A DNA stretch of 64,000 bases from Candidatus Multivoraceae bacterium (GCA_965219625.1 OZ244782.1:484712-548711); one strand, 5' to 3'; positions 28,307-37,998 are shown, counted from the stretch's first letter. Notes: generated from the letters alone by a model not told the origin. Program-made: numbers and translations.

Positions 28307-30715
28307 TCAGCCGCCGCGACCGGACGCGCCGCCCGGAAGCACGCGCAGCGCACCGCGACGCCGGCCCTGTCCGAAGTCGAAGCCCGGGTAGTCCACGCGA
28401 TTGTGGTGGATCGTCTTCAATACGTTCTGCAGCGCGTAGCTCAACCGCCGCAGATCGGAGAACGTGAGGTCCGTCTGGTCCAGCTGGCCGTCCTCCAGCA
28501 CATCGTCGATCAGGCGTTCGACGAGTGCCCGAATCGACTTCTCCGAGAACTCCCCGAGCGTGCGGCTCGCCGCCTCGACACTGTCGGCGACCATCAGCAC
28601 GCCGTACGTCTTGCTCTGCGGCAACGGCCCCGGATAGCGGTACTGGGATTCGTTGATTCCCTGCTCTGCCTCCGCTCGCTCCTTCGCGCGGGCGAGGAAG
28701 AAGTCGAGCCGACGGGTGCCGTGATGCTGCTCGATGGCAGCGATGACCGGTTGCGGCAGGCCGTGCTCCCGCGCCAGCCGGACGCCCTCCTTCACGTGGT
28801 CGAGCAGGATGAGCGCGGACATGGACGGCGCAAGATTGTCGTGCGGGTTGACGCCATCACGCTGGTTCTCGACGAAGTACTGCGGCCGCAGGACCTTGCC
28901 GACGTCGTGGTAGAGCCCGCCGACGTACCCCAGAGTCGGGTTCGCGCCGACCGCCTCGCAACCGGCCTTCGCCAGATGAGCGACCATCAACGAATGCTGG
29001 AAGGTCCCCGGCGCCTCGAACGCCACCCGCTGCAGGAGAGGCCGATTCGTATCCGACAGCTCGATCAGCTTGATGTCCGTCGTGACGAACAGCATCGCCT
29101 CAAACACCGGCAGCGCGAAGCTGACCACGGCGGCGACCATCAGCCCGCCCAGCAGAGCGCCCGACAACGCGACCCCCCAACTCGCCAGGGAGGCTTCCTC
29201 GCCGGCCAGGGTGAGCAGGGTGACCGACGTCATGTTCACGAGACCGACGAGCAGGCCTGCCCGCGTCACCGCCGAACGCTGCTTGAGTTGATCGAGCGCG
29301 AACACCGCGGCGAGGCTGCCGGTCAGGGCGTAGAGCATCGTGCCGCCAGCGAACCCCAGCGAGGCGCCGGCCGTTTCCGTCCATCCCAGACGCGCGACGA
29401 GCGCCGAAAAGACGACGCCGATCAGCAGACCGGCGCCGCGGCCGTAGAGCACCGAGACGAGAAGCGCCACCGCCGCAAACGGGATCGCGTAGCCGTAGCT
29501 TGTCGCCGAGCTCAGCGCCTCCGTCTCGAACGACAGGGCCAGCGCCTCGGCGACGACGAAGCCCGCCTGGCTCGCGACGAGGCCCAGGATGACGATGAGG
29601 ACGACGCTGCCGAAGGCCCCCGCCTCGACATTCACGAGTCGCTTGCGCCGGAAGGCGATCCACAGGAAGGTCGCCGCCAAGCCGAGCAACAGGCCGGACG
29701 CAAGCGGCGAACGCAGCACAGTCAGGCGGCGCTCGCTGCCGGTCATCTCGCGCAACAGGCGAATCGCCTCCGCGTCGACCTCGTCGCCCTTGCGGACGAT
29801 GACCTGCCCGGCGCGGATCTGGTTGAACACCGGCTCCACCGCCTCGGCTGCGCGATCGCGACGCTGTTGCGTTTCGCTCCGGTTGAGGTAGATGTTCGGC
29901 GCCAGGTTGACCATGAGGAATCCGACGACCGTCTCCCGATCGTCCCGCGACCAGCCGTCCCAGCGGGCCACCTCCTCCTCCAGGTAACTCTCTACCTCGA
30001 CCGGATAGCCGCGGTAGCCGAAGAGATCGAACTGGAGCCCTTCCTCACCCGTCTGCAGGTTGCGCAGAGTCACACCCTCGAGCCGGTTCTGGAGAAGCGT
30101 CTCCTTGTTCTCCACGATGCCGGCACGCAGCAGGAAACCGGCAAGCCGGCCCAGGCGTTCCGCGGACTCCGCACCCTCGTCGTCGCGAGCGACCAGGGAA
30201 GCGAGCAGCTCCGCATGCGCTTCGTCGACTCGGAGATCGCTTTCCTCCCGCAGGCGACGAAGTCGTTCGGCGGCCAGTTCGTCGTCGGACAGGTCGGCAA
30301 CCTCGTCGAAGCTGCGCTCCATCGCGAACAACCGACCGATCCGCGCCTCGAGCTCGTCGGCCTGGCCTGCATCGAAGTCGTACAGCGGTCGAATGCCGGC
30401 GCGAGCCCTCTCCCGCAGTTCGTCCGAGGTCGCCTCGTCGAGAATCAGAACGTCGCGCGTCGCGTGATAGTCGCGGTTCGCGATATCCCCTTCGCCCAGG
30501 TCGGGGCCGAAGAAGGCGCCCTCGGGCGTCATGATCCAGATTCCCGAGACGACGAGCAGCGTGATCCAGACCGCGTCGAGCTCGAGCAGGTAGTGCCAGA
30601 GACCGGCCACCGTCAGCTGTTCGCCGTGGCGACGGAAGAGGCTGCGGCGAAGTCGACGCCGTGCTGCGCGTCGCCGCCCGAGGCGACGACGCCGCATCCT
30701 CGTCGCGGAGCTCAT
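28307..30715 (-). CDS. pgpH: 7TM receptor with intracellular HD hydrolase domain (PgpH/YqfF family, putative c-di-AMP phosphodiesterase)
   Basis: 802 aa. N-terminal extracytoplasmic domain, 7 TM helices, and a C-terminal HD domain (HSLMVAHLAKA...LYHDVGK). Conserved position between phoH and ybeY. Confidence 0.8.
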   Translation of the reverse strand: MSSATRMRRRRLGRRRAARRRLRRSLFRRHGEQLTVAGLWHYLLELDAVWITLLVVSGIWIMTPEGAFFGPDLGEGDIANRDYHATRDVLILDEATSDELRERARAGIRPLYDFDAGQADELEARIGRLFAMERSFDEVADLSDDELAAERLRRLREESDLRVDEAHAELLASLVARDDEGAESAERLGRLAGFLLRAGIVENKETLLQNRLEGVTLRNLQTGEEGLQFDLFGYRGYPVEVESYLEEEVARWDGWSRDDRETVVGFLMVNLAPNIYLNRSETQQRRDRAAEAVEPVFNQIRAGQVIVRKGDEVDAEAIRLLREMTGSERRLTVLRSPLASGLLLGLAATFLWIAFRRKRLVNVEAGAFGSVVLIVILGLVASQAGFVVAEALALSFETEALSSATSYGYAIPFAAVALLVSVLYGRGAGLLIGVVFSALVARLGWTETAGASLGFAGGTMLYALTGSLAAVFALDQLKQRSAVTRAGLLVGLVNMTSVTLLTLAGEEASLASWGVALSGALLGGLMVAAVVSFALPVFEAMLFVTTDIKLIELSDTNRPLLQRVAFEAPGTFQHSLMVAHLAKAGCEAVGANPTLGYVGGLYHDVGKVLRPQYFVENQRDGVNPHDNLAPSMSALILLDHVKEGVRLAREHGLPQPVIAAIEQHHGTRRLDFFLARAKERAEAEQGINESQYRYPGPLPQSKTYGVLMVADSVEAASRTLGEFSEKSIRALVERLIDDVLEDGQLDQTDLTFSDLRRLSYALQNVLKTIHHNRVDYPGFDFGQGRRRGALRVLPGGASGRGG

Positions 30716-31716
30716 CGGCGGCCCTCCTCCACCTGCGGCGATGGGTTGCGCGCCTCCCAGCGGTCGTAGGCGCCGACGATCCGTTGGACGAGTTCATGAC
30801 GAACGACATCGGAGGGACCGAAGCGGACGAAGGCGATGCCGTCTTCGCCTCGCAGCACCTCGAGAGCGTGCTTCAGACCGGAGCGCTGGCCCGCCGGCAG
30901 GTCGACCTGCGTGATGTCGCCGTTGACCACCGCCTTCGAGTTGAAGCCGATTCGGGTCAGGAACATCTTCATCTGTTCCGGTGTCGTGTTCTGCGCCTCA
31001 TCCAGAATGATGAAGCTGTCGTTCAGCGACCTGCCGCGCATGAAGGCGAGCGGCGCGACCTCGATCACCTCCCGATCCAACATCCGCGCCACCCGGTCGA
31101 AGCCGATGATGTCGTAGAGAGCATCATAGAGCGGACGGAGGTAAGGGTTGACCTTCTCGGCCAGATCACCGGGCAGGAAGCCGAGCTTCTCGCCCGCCTC
31201 GACCGCCGGCCGCGCCAAGACGATCCGGCGCACATTCTCCTCCTTGAGCGCCGAAGCCGCGACCGCAACCGCCAAGTAGGTCTTGCCGGTGCCGGCCGGG
31301 CCGGTGGAGATGACGAGGTCATGATCGAGCATCGCCCGCAGGTAGCGCTTCTGGTTCAGGCTGCGAGGCGCGACGAGGCGCCGCGAGGCCCGGATGAGAG
31401 CGCCGGTCTTGAAGAACTCGACCAGGGACGTGTTCGGTTCCTCGGCAACTACCCGCAGCGCCGTCGACCAATCGCCACCCGAAAGACGCCGTCCCCCGGC
31501 CGCCAGAGCCCCCAGATCGGTCAGCAGGCGCTCCGTCGCGTCGACCGCCGAAGGCGACCCCTCGATCTGTACCGCCGAACCGCGAACGCCGAGCGTAACC
31601 TGGAGCGCCTTCTCCACGCGCCGCAGGTTGTCATCGTGGGCGCCGCAGATCGCCCGCACCGCCTCCTCGGGAAGGGTCAACTGAGCCCGGATTCGCTCCT
31701 GTTCGGCGATCGTCAA
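30712..31716 (-). CDS. phoH: PhoH-like ATPase (YbeZ)
   Basis: Walker A (GPAGTGKTYLAV) and Walker B (SFIILDEAQNTT). TTG start at 31716 preceded by GAGGAA. The ORF-track N-terminal 88 aa overlap the neighbouring gene and look spurious. Confidence 0.8.
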   Translation of the reverse strand: MTIAEQERIRAQLTLPEEAVRAICGAHDDNLRRVEKALQVTLGVRGSAVQIEGSPSAVDATERLLTDLGALAAGGRRLSGGDWSTALRVVAEEPNTSLVEFFKTGALIRASRRLVAPRSLNQKRYLRAMLDHDLVISTGPAGTGKTYLAVAVAASALKEENVRRIVLARPAVEAGEKLGFLPGDLAEKVNPYLRPLYDALYDIIGFDRVARMLDREVIEVAPLAFMRGRSLNDSFIILDEAQNTTPEQMKMFLTRIGFNSKAVVNGDITQVDLPAGQRSGLKHALEVLRGEDGIAFVRFGPSDVVRHELVQRIVGAYDRWEARNPSPQVEEGRR

Positions 31717-31777
31717 GAAATTCCTCGACGATGACGTCTCCCGCAGGGCCGCCGGCCCACACCCGCTGTCGAACTGC

Positions 31778-32650
31778 TCATCTGGCCTGCCGATAGTCGA
31801 AGAAGCCCCGCCCCGTCTTGCGTCCCAGACGGCCCGCCTGGACCATCTGTTTGAGCAGCGTCGGCGGCGCGAAGCGCGTCTCGCGGTACTCGTCGAACAT
31901 GATGTTCGCCACGTAGTACATCGTGTCGAGGCCGATGAAATCGCATAACGTGAACGGTCCCATCGGGTAACCGCAGCCAAGCTTCATCGCGGTGTCGATG
32001 TCCTCCAGGCTGCCGACGCCGCTCTCGTAGGCCCGAATCGCATCGAGCAGATAGGGGATGAGGAGCCGATTGACGATGAAGCCGGAGTTGTCGCCACAGG
32101 CGACCGGGGTCTTGCCCACCCGCTCCGCCAACCGCCAGCAGGCGTCATAGGCCTCGTCCGAGGTCATCAGCGTCCTCACCACCTCGACCAGCCGCATCGC
32201 CGGTACGGGATTGAAGAAATGAAGGCCCACGAACCGATCGGGCCGCGACGTGGACGCGGCGAGTTGCGTCAAGGTGAGGGACGATGTGTTGCTGGCGAAG
32301 ATCGCCTCGTCGCTCGCGATGTCGTCGAGCCGAACGAAGAGCTCGCGCTTCGTCTCCAGATCCTCGACGATCGCCTCGACGACCAGGTCGGCGCCGGCGA
32401 GTTCGGCGAGATCCGTCGTGCCATGCAGGTTGGCGAGCGCCCGGTCATGCTCGTCGGCATCCATCCGCCGCTTCTCCAGGCTCCGGGCGAGCGACGAACG
32501 TACGGCCCCGAGCCCCTTGTCCAGCGCCTCCTCGTCGACCTCCCGAACGGTGACCGGGAGCCCGGATCGCGCACAGATCTCTGCGATACCCCGGCCCATC
32601 AGACCGCAACCAACCAGCCCAACTCGTTCGACTTCCATCGGTTCCTTCAT
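31778..32650 (-). CDS. hbd: 3-hydroxyacyl-CoA / 3-hydroxybutyryl-CoA dehydrogenase
   Basis: N-terminal NAD Rossmann motif (VGLVGCGLMGRGIA) and the C-terminal 3HCDH domain (PMGPFTLCDFIGLD). The start is ambiguous between two ATGs (32650 or 32638). Confidence 0.85.
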   Translation of the reverse strand: MKEPMEVERVGLVGCGLMGRGIAEICARSGLPVTVREVDEEALDKGLGAVRSSLARSLEKRRMDADEHDRALANLHGTTDLAELAGADLVVEAIVEDLETKRELFVRLDDIASDEAIFASNTSSLTLTQLAASTSRPDRFVGLHFFNPVPAMRLVEVVRTLMTSDEAYDACWRLAERVGKTPVACGDNSGFIVNRLLIPYLLDAIRAYESGVGSLEDIDTAMKLGCGYPMGPFTLCDFIGLDTMYYVANIMFDEYRETRFAPPTLLKQMVQAGRLGRKTGRGFFDYRQAR

Positions 32651-32693
32651 CTCCTCCCGGCCCGATCGACGGGCGCCCCTGCAGGTCGGCACC

Positions 32694-33137
32694 CTAACAG
32701 CTTCCCGGCACCGGAATCCGGTCGGTCCGCGCCCCGACGATGACCTCGCGCTCACCGGGCGAGCCGCCGTGACAGAGCCGCACCTCAAAGCCCGGCAGAG
32801 GCCAGGGCAACCGCTCCGCCCACTCGATCACCTTGACGCCGTCGCCCGCCAGTACCTCGTTCAGACCGATGTCCTCCACATCCTCCGGCGCCAGCCGATA
32901 GAGGTCGACGTGAACCAGGCGCACGGGTCCCCCGTCGTACTCGTGGATCAGGGTGAACGTCGGCGACTGGACGACGGCGGGGTCGAGCCCCAGTCCCTCG
33001 GCAATGCCCTGGGTGAGCACCGTCTTGCCCGAACCCAGGTCACCGAACAGGAGCGCAGTGCCGGAAGGCCGAAGCCTCAGAGCCAAGTCGGCGCCCAGGC
33101 GCCTCGTCTCGGCGGCGCTCCGCGTGCGGGTGATCAA
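32694..33137 (-). CDS. tsaE: tRNA threonylcarbamoyladenosine biosynthesis protein TsaE
   Basis: P-loop (GDLGSGKT) and the TFTLIHEY motif. ~147 aa if the TTG start at 33137 is used. The TTGA overlap with the nnr stop supports this start. Confidence 0.75.
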   Translation of the reverse strand: MITRTRSAAETRRLGADLALRLRPSGTALLFGDLGSGKTVLTQGIAEGLGLDPAVVQSPTFTLIHEYDGGPVRLVHVDLYRLAPEDVEDIGLNEVLAGDGVKVIEWAERLPWPLPGFEVRLCHGGSPGEREVIVGARTDRIPVPGSC

Positions 33138-34687
33138 CCTGACACCGCCAGCGACTGGAACGCCGGCCCCAACGCGTCGACGACGTCGCCCGCGGCCAGA
33201 GACGTTTCGCCCCAACGCTCCCGAGCCAGGTCGCCGGCAAGACCGTGGACGTAGACGCCGAATCGGGCGGCCGACGGTGGATCGAGACCCTGAGCCAGAA
33301 GTGCCGCGACGAGTCCGGTCAGCACGTCGCCACTGCCGCCGGTCGCCATGCCCGGGTTGCCCGTCGGATTCACCCAGGTACCGAGCGCCGGATCGGCGAT
33401 CAGGGTCTGCCGGCCCTTCAGCGCGACCACCGCCCCGGTCTCGCGGGCCGCAAGGCGGGCGTGAGCCCAACGGGCGCCGACAACGGCGTCTTTCGAGACG
33501 CCGAGCAACTGCGCCAGTTCCCCGGGATGCGGCGTGAGAACCAGGTCGGCGAGGCGTTTCCGAAGCGCTCGCGGGTCGCCGGCAAAGGCCGAGATGCCGT
33601 CCGCGTCGAGCACCACCGGTACCGTCGTGCGGGCGAGGACCTGACGCGCGACGATCCGCGCGTCGTCGCTCGCACCGAGGCCCGGACCGAGCGCCAACGC
33701 TCCGCCACGAGCACGCTCCGCGACCGCCTGGAGCAACGGGTCGACGGCATCACGCGACCAGCCACCCCGGACCCACGGCATGCCCAGCGTCATCGACTCG
33801 ACCGAGCCGGCATCGACGACGGAGACGAGCGCATCGGGTACGGCGGCGGTTACGAGTCCGGCGCCGCCCCTGACCGCGGCACGTGCCGCGAGCACGACCG
33901 CGCCGCTCATTCCTGAGGCGCCGCCGGCAACGACGACGTGACCGAACGTGCCTTTGTGAGCATCGAGCGGCCGCGGGCGCAACCGGCCCTCGAGGTCTTT
34001 CCGCTCCGACCGATACAACGCGTCCGGACCCGGCGGCGGTTCCGGCAGCGCAACCCCGAGATCGCCGATGCGGAGCCGGCCGCAGGCATCCGCGGCCGGC
34101 GCGAGGGCATTCGCAACCTTCGGAAAGCCGAGGGCCACGGTCATGTCGGCGACGACGTGAGGGCCGGGCGGCTGGGCCTCGGATGCGTCCAGGCCGGTCG
34201 GCACGTCGACCGAGACGACCGGCGTCCGGCCGCGCCGGGTATTCAGCCACTCGACCCAGGCGGCCAACGGACCCTCGACTGGACGGTTCAGGCCCGAGCC
34301 GAGAAGGGCATCGACCCACAGGTCGACATCGGCCGAAGGCGCCGCGTCGGACGCCGGATCGACGACGGTACGCGGCGCCCGACCGAGGCGTTCGCAGAAT
34401 TCGAACTGGTGAGCGGCTTCGAGACTCAGCCGCTCGGGCGGCGCCGCGAGGAAGCCCGCCGGCTCCAAGCCTCGGGCCGCGAGGCTCCGGAGCAGAGCCA
34501 GGCCGTCGCCGCCGTTGTTCCCGCGACCGCACGCGATGGCGATCCGGCGCGCCTGCGGATAGCACTCGGCGATCGCATCCGCGACCGCGCGAGCCGCGTT
34601 CTCCATCAACGCGAGGGCGGACACGCCGAAGTCCGCGATCGCCGCCGACTCTGCGGTTCGCATCTCGTCCGCAGTGACGACTCTCAC
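33134..34687 (-). CDS. nnr: bifunctional NAD(P)H-hydrate repair enzyme Nnr (epimerase + ADP-dependent dehydratase)
   Basis: N-terminal YjeF-N (GRGNNGGDG) and C-terminal carbohydrate-kinase-like YjeF-C (GGSGDVLTG). GTG start at 34687 overlapping the upstream stop (GTGA). Confidence 0.85.
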   Translation of the reverse strand: MRVVTADEMRTAESAAIADFGVSALALMENAARAVADAIAECYPQARRIAIACGRGNNGGDGLALLRSLAARGLEPAGFLAAPPERLSLEAAHQFEFCERLGRAPRTVVDPASDAAPSADVDLWVDALLGSGLNRPVEGPLAAWVEWLNTRRGRTPVVSVDVPTGLDASEAQPPGPHVVADMTVALGFPKVANALAPAADACGRLRIGDLGVALPEPPPGPDALYRSERKDLEGRLRPRPLDAHKGTFGHVVVAGGASGMSGAVVLAARAAVRGGAGLVTAAVPDALVSVVDAGSVESMTLGMPWVRGGWSRDAVDPLLQAVAERARGGALALGPGLGASDDARIVARQVLARTTVPVVLDADGISAFAGDPRALRKRLADLVLTPHPGELAQLLGVSKDAVVGARWAHARLAARETGAVVALKGRQTLIADPALGTWVNPTGNPGMATGGSGDVLTGLVAALLAQGLDPPSAARFGVYVHGLAGDLARERWGETSLAAGDVVDALGPAFQSLAVSG

Positions 34688-35466
34688 CGCCCCTCCCCCG
34701 CGCCGGCTGCCGGCGACGGCCAGGATGAAAGGAGCTCGGCAGTGCGCGGACACAGTCGCCTCAGCGCTGGCCGCTCGTCGAGGGCCGCCCGGAAAGCCCG
34801 CAGGTCGTCGACGGTGTCGACGTCCGTCAGGACCGGCAGCAGTTCGACACGAAGACCGAGCTCATCGCAGCGCTCCAACGTCTGCGCGAGAACCGACGCC
34901 GTGCTCCAGGCAATCCCCTCGAACAGCCGGGTCCTGACCGCTCCCGAACCGACTCCGATCAGGTAGTAGCCGCCATCGACCGCCGGGCCGAGAACGACGT
35001 CGCCGCGGCCGGCATGAAGCGCTTCGAACGCCTCCTCGACTCGTTCGGTTTCGAGTTCCGGATGATCGCTCCCCACGGCCGCCGCATACCCACCGTTCTG
35101 AACGGCGAATCGAAGGCCCCGCTCCAGGCGTTCTCCAAGGCTGCCACCACCCTGAGGGCGCCATTCGACGCCGGCCGGCAAGAGCTCGACCGGCGGCTCG
35201 GCGCCCTCGGCGTCCGCCCAGTGAACGACCAGGCGCCACGGCCCGCAGGCAAGCCGGGAACTCAGGTCCGCCGCCATCGCGGCGGCAAGAGCCGCGGCCT
35301 GATCAGCGGTCAAGCCGCGCGGCGTGACGAGACGAGTCTTCGCGCCACCCGGAACCGGCGCCTTGGCGAAGAGAAGAAGCTGCCGTCGTCGCGCCCCGGA
35401 TGGGCGCCATCTCGTGACCGGCGCACTCCCGGGCACCGTGTCGTCCGCCCGAGTCTGCACATCCAT
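34684..35466 (-). CDS. DUF2064 / TIGR04282-family nucleotidyltransferase-like protein
   Basis: LLLFAKAPVPGGAKTRL N-terminal motif and a MobA-like NTP-transferase fold. Recognised as the DUF2064 family. Confidence 0.65.
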   Translation of the reverse strand: MDVQTRADDTVPGSAPVTRWRPSGARRRQLLLFAKAPVPGGAKTRLVTPRGLTADQAAALAAAMAADLSSRLACGPWRLVVHWADAEGAEPPVELLPAGVEWRPQGGGSLGERLERGLRFAVQNGGYAAAVGSDHPELETERVEEAFEALHAGRGDVVLGPAVDGGYYLIGVGSGAVRTRLFEGIAWSTASVLAQTLERCDELGLRVELLPVLTDVDTVDDLRAFRAALDERPALRRLCPRTAELLSSWPSPAAGAGEGR

Positions 35467-35480
35467 GACCGTTCAGCTTG

Positions 35481-35612
35481 TCATCCGTTTCGCAACCGCC
35501 TGAACGCCCAGGCCAGCGCAAGCCCGACCGCTCCCGCAGCGATCGGCAGAATCCACACCGCGGCGGCGCGGTCGCCGGCGACGCCCTTCATCGCGCTCTG
35601 CAGCTGAGTCAT
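35481..35612 (-). CDS. possible small membrane protein (one C-terminal TM helix); start uncertain
   Basis: C-terminal 43 aa MTQLQSAMKGVAGDRAAAVWILPIAAGAVGLALAWAFRRLRNG. Lies downstream of the holin-family gene. Upstream in-frame residues are charged/coiled-coil-like, so the real start could be earlier. Confidence 0.3.
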   Translation of the reverse strand: MTQLQSAMKGVAGDRAAAVWILPIAAGAVGLALAWAFRRLRNG

Positions 35613-35683
35613 GGCCAACCTCACCTCGTCCCGGTGATCCCGCAACCGCGCCTCACGCGCGAGTCGTTCACGGTCCCGGCGCC

Positions 35684-36169
35684 TCAAGGCCGATCTCCCG
35701 ATGCGGCGCCGTCCTGCCGGCCGTCCCCCGCTTCGGCCGCCGGCGCCGGGGCGTCGGCGACGAGCTCCTGCCAGAAGGCGACGTGATTGCCCACCCGGCG
35801 ACGTACGGTGTCTACCGGCGATTCGAGACGCCGCGCGCGGGACCGCGCAACGAGCAGCAACACGTACCCCGACAGAAGCAGCGCACCGGCTAGAACCAGC
35901 GCGGCGGCCCACACCGGAAGTACCGTCGCCAACAGCGCGCCGGCCGCGAACAGAACCGCCCCCAGCGCCCAGAAGATGACCCCGAAGGCCAACCCGGCGA
36001 GCAGCGCGAGGCGGAAGAGGCGCCCCCAGTTCTCTCTCAGGTCGAAGCGAAGCCGGTCGACCTCGGCCTCGAGCAGAGCGACGACCGCTCGCGCGAGTGC
36101 GCCGCCCAGCCCGCTGAGCGCGTTCACCGCCTCGACGATCTTCGTTGTCTTCAACAGCTCAGCATCCAA
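35684..36169 (-). CDS. membrane protein of the 'phage holin family 3/putative Actinobacterial holin-X' type (two TM helices)
   Basis: 161 aa with two adjacent hydrophobic helices (LALLAGLAFGVIFWALGAVLFAAGALLATVLPVWAAALVLAGALLLSGYVLLLV). No other phage genes are nearby. Confidence 0.5.
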   Translation of the reverse strand: MDAELLKTTKIVEAVNALSGLGGALARAVVALLEAEVDRLRFDLRENWGRLFRLALLAGLAFGVIFWALGAVLFAAGALLATVLPVWAAALVLAGALLLSGYVLLLVARSRARRLESPVDTVRRRVGNHVAFWQELVADAPAPAAEAGDGRQDGAASGDRP

Positions 36170-36219
36170 ACCGTCGCGCCGGGGTGATGGCGCACGGGTC
36201 CGTCCCGATCGGACGCCGG

Positions 36220-37998
36220 TCAGGCGCCGACCCGCAGCGTTCGGGTCACGAAGGAGGTCTGGCCCGCGACCTCGTCGCGAACCGCCACCGTCAGGCGTTG
36301 ATCGCCCTCCTTCATGATCAACGGCAGGGTATACGTGTAGTAGCTCTCGCGGGCGCGCTCCAGGTCGCCCTCGGGAATCGTCAACTCGAAGGGCTCGACC
36401 TGGGGCTGCGAGAGATCGCCGTTCGTGGCCAGAGCCTGCACCCAGACGCGCGCCCGCAGGAGATGCTCGCCGACCGTACCCACCGGCACGAGCGTCATCT
36501 CGTCGATCGGGATCCGGACGTCGACGTGGACCGTGTAGAGACCCCGTTCCTCCCGCCTGATCTCATCCGCCTTGACGAGGGAGATCTCCAGGTCGTTCTT
36601 CTCGTAGCCGAGCTTCAGGGCGGCCAGCGTTCCTTCTTCCATCTCCGTGTCGATCGACTTGTCCCGGTAGGTCAGGCGGTGGCGAACGAACCGATCGCGC
36701 CGGAGCCCGAGTCGGTTCTTCGCTTCGTCGGTCAGCTCGACCTTGATGTCGTAGATGCGGCCCGTACCGGCGTGGCCGGGCTGAAAGCCGAGCGAGTAGT
36801 AGTTCGTGAAGTCGAGGGCGATCCGATTCAGGCCGTCTCGGAAGTTGTTCGTGTTCACGATGTACTGCCCGCCCGTCTCGTCGGCCATGTACATGATCGT
36901 CGACTGCATGTTGTCGCGGGCCACCGAGTCGATGTTCGAACTGAACGCCATGCCCTGCATCGAGGCGTCACGAGAGTTGATTCCCATCGGGCCGGAGGCG
37001 TCGATGCTGTAGAACGAGATCTCGTTCGAGTTCGCCGTATTCACCAGATCCGTGAAGCGGCGGCTCGAGTCGTACTGCAGCGAATCGAGAAAGAAGTTCG
37101 ATTCGTAGCCCTGCACGATGGCGCGGGCACGCTGGTCCATCGCCTCGAACATGTCCGCGCCGGCCCGCATCGGCAATCCGTCCGAGATGTAGAGAAACGC
37201 CTTCCGACCAGGCAGCCCGGCGAGGGAAACGACCGTGTCCTTCAGGCCGTCGAGCGTGAACTGCATGTCGTTGTAGATCTGCTGGGCGTGGATTCGGACC
37301 CGGCCGAGCACGAACTCGTGGGAGCGATCCTCCTCGCCGATATCGCGGATGAGGTCGGACCGGTCCGAGTCCCAACCGGTCCTGCCTCCGGTGTGCTCTT
37401 CCAACTCGTAGAGCGCGTTCGCGATCAACTGCGGATCGCCGGTGAAGTCCCGCTCCACCTTCACCGAACGATTGAAGGTCACCAGCATCACCCGATCCTC
37501 ACGGGTCACGTGCTGACGCAGGAACTCCCGCACGTAGCGGAACAGGCGGTTCCGGTTGTGGGGCCTTATGTTGTGGTGATCGACGTAGACGACGAGGTAG
37601 AGCCGCTCGTCCTCGGGCACGACTCGGCGGCGGCGTTCAAGACCCGGCCGTTCCTGGAAGACGACTTCCGGCTCGTCGGGCACGAGGCCCTGCACCTCGT
37701 CGTACTTGACCCGGTTGCGGACCTCGTAGAAGTTCGAGATCGGGACTGGCCGCTTGTCCTCCTTGAGAATGAAGTCGTCCCGCGTCAGACCTGCGACCGC
37801 ATTCCCCTCCTTGTCGCGGACGTACACGAGCACGTTGATCACCTTGACGTTGACGGACTCTTCAAAGGTCGCTCGCGGCGTTTGCGCACCCGCCTGCTGG
37901 CTTGACCCAGAGGTGGCCTGGAACAAGAGCGGCCCGGCCAACACGAGGGCGAGCAGGGCGCGGCGGGCGGACGATTCAGGTTGCCGGCGTCGGGCCAT
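36220..37998 (-). CDS. secreted VWA-related protein of the TIGR03436 ('Acidobacterial VWFA-related') type
   Basis: Signal peptide (MARRRQPESSARRALLALVLAGPLLFQA). VWA-like core (RVMLVTFNRS...LYISDGLP). The overall architecture matches TIGR03436 proteins as I recall them. Start chosen at ATG 37998. Confidence 0.7.
   Translation of the reverse strand: MARRRQPESSARRALLALVLAGPLLFQATSGSSQQAGAQTPRATFEESVNVKVINVLVYVRDKEGNAVAGLTRDDFILKEDKRPVPISNFYEVRNRVKYDEVQGLVPDEPEVVFQERPGLERRRRVVPEDERLYLVVYVDHHNIRPHNRNRLFRYVREFLRQHVTREDRVMLVTFNRSVKVERDFTGDPQLIANALYELEEHTGGRTGWDSDRSDLIRDIGEEDRSHEFVLGRVRIHAQQIYNDMQFTLDGLKDTVVSLAGLPGRKAFLYISDGLPMRAGADMFEAMDQRARAIVQGYESNFFLDSLQYDSSRRFTDLVNTANSNEISFYSIDASGPMGINSRDASMQGMAFSSNIDSVARDNMQSTIMYMADETGGQYIVNTNNFRDGLNRIALDFTNYYSLGFQPGHAGTGRIYDIKVELTDEAKNRLGLRRDRFVRHRLTYRDKSIDTEMEEGTLAALKLGYEKNDLEISLVKADEIRREERGLYTVHVDVRIPIDEMTLVPVGTVGEHLLRARVWVQALATNGDLSQPQVEPFELTIPEGDLERARESYYTYTLPLIMKEGDQRLTVAVRDEVAGQTSFVTRTLRVGA

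Noticed and set aside
35481-36169. Holin-family membrane protein as evidence of a prophage
   Set aside because: No terminase, capsid, tail, integrase or lysin genes are nearby. Flanking genes are chromosomal housekeeping genes. This family of two-TM proteins is commonly chromosomal in high-GC bacteria.
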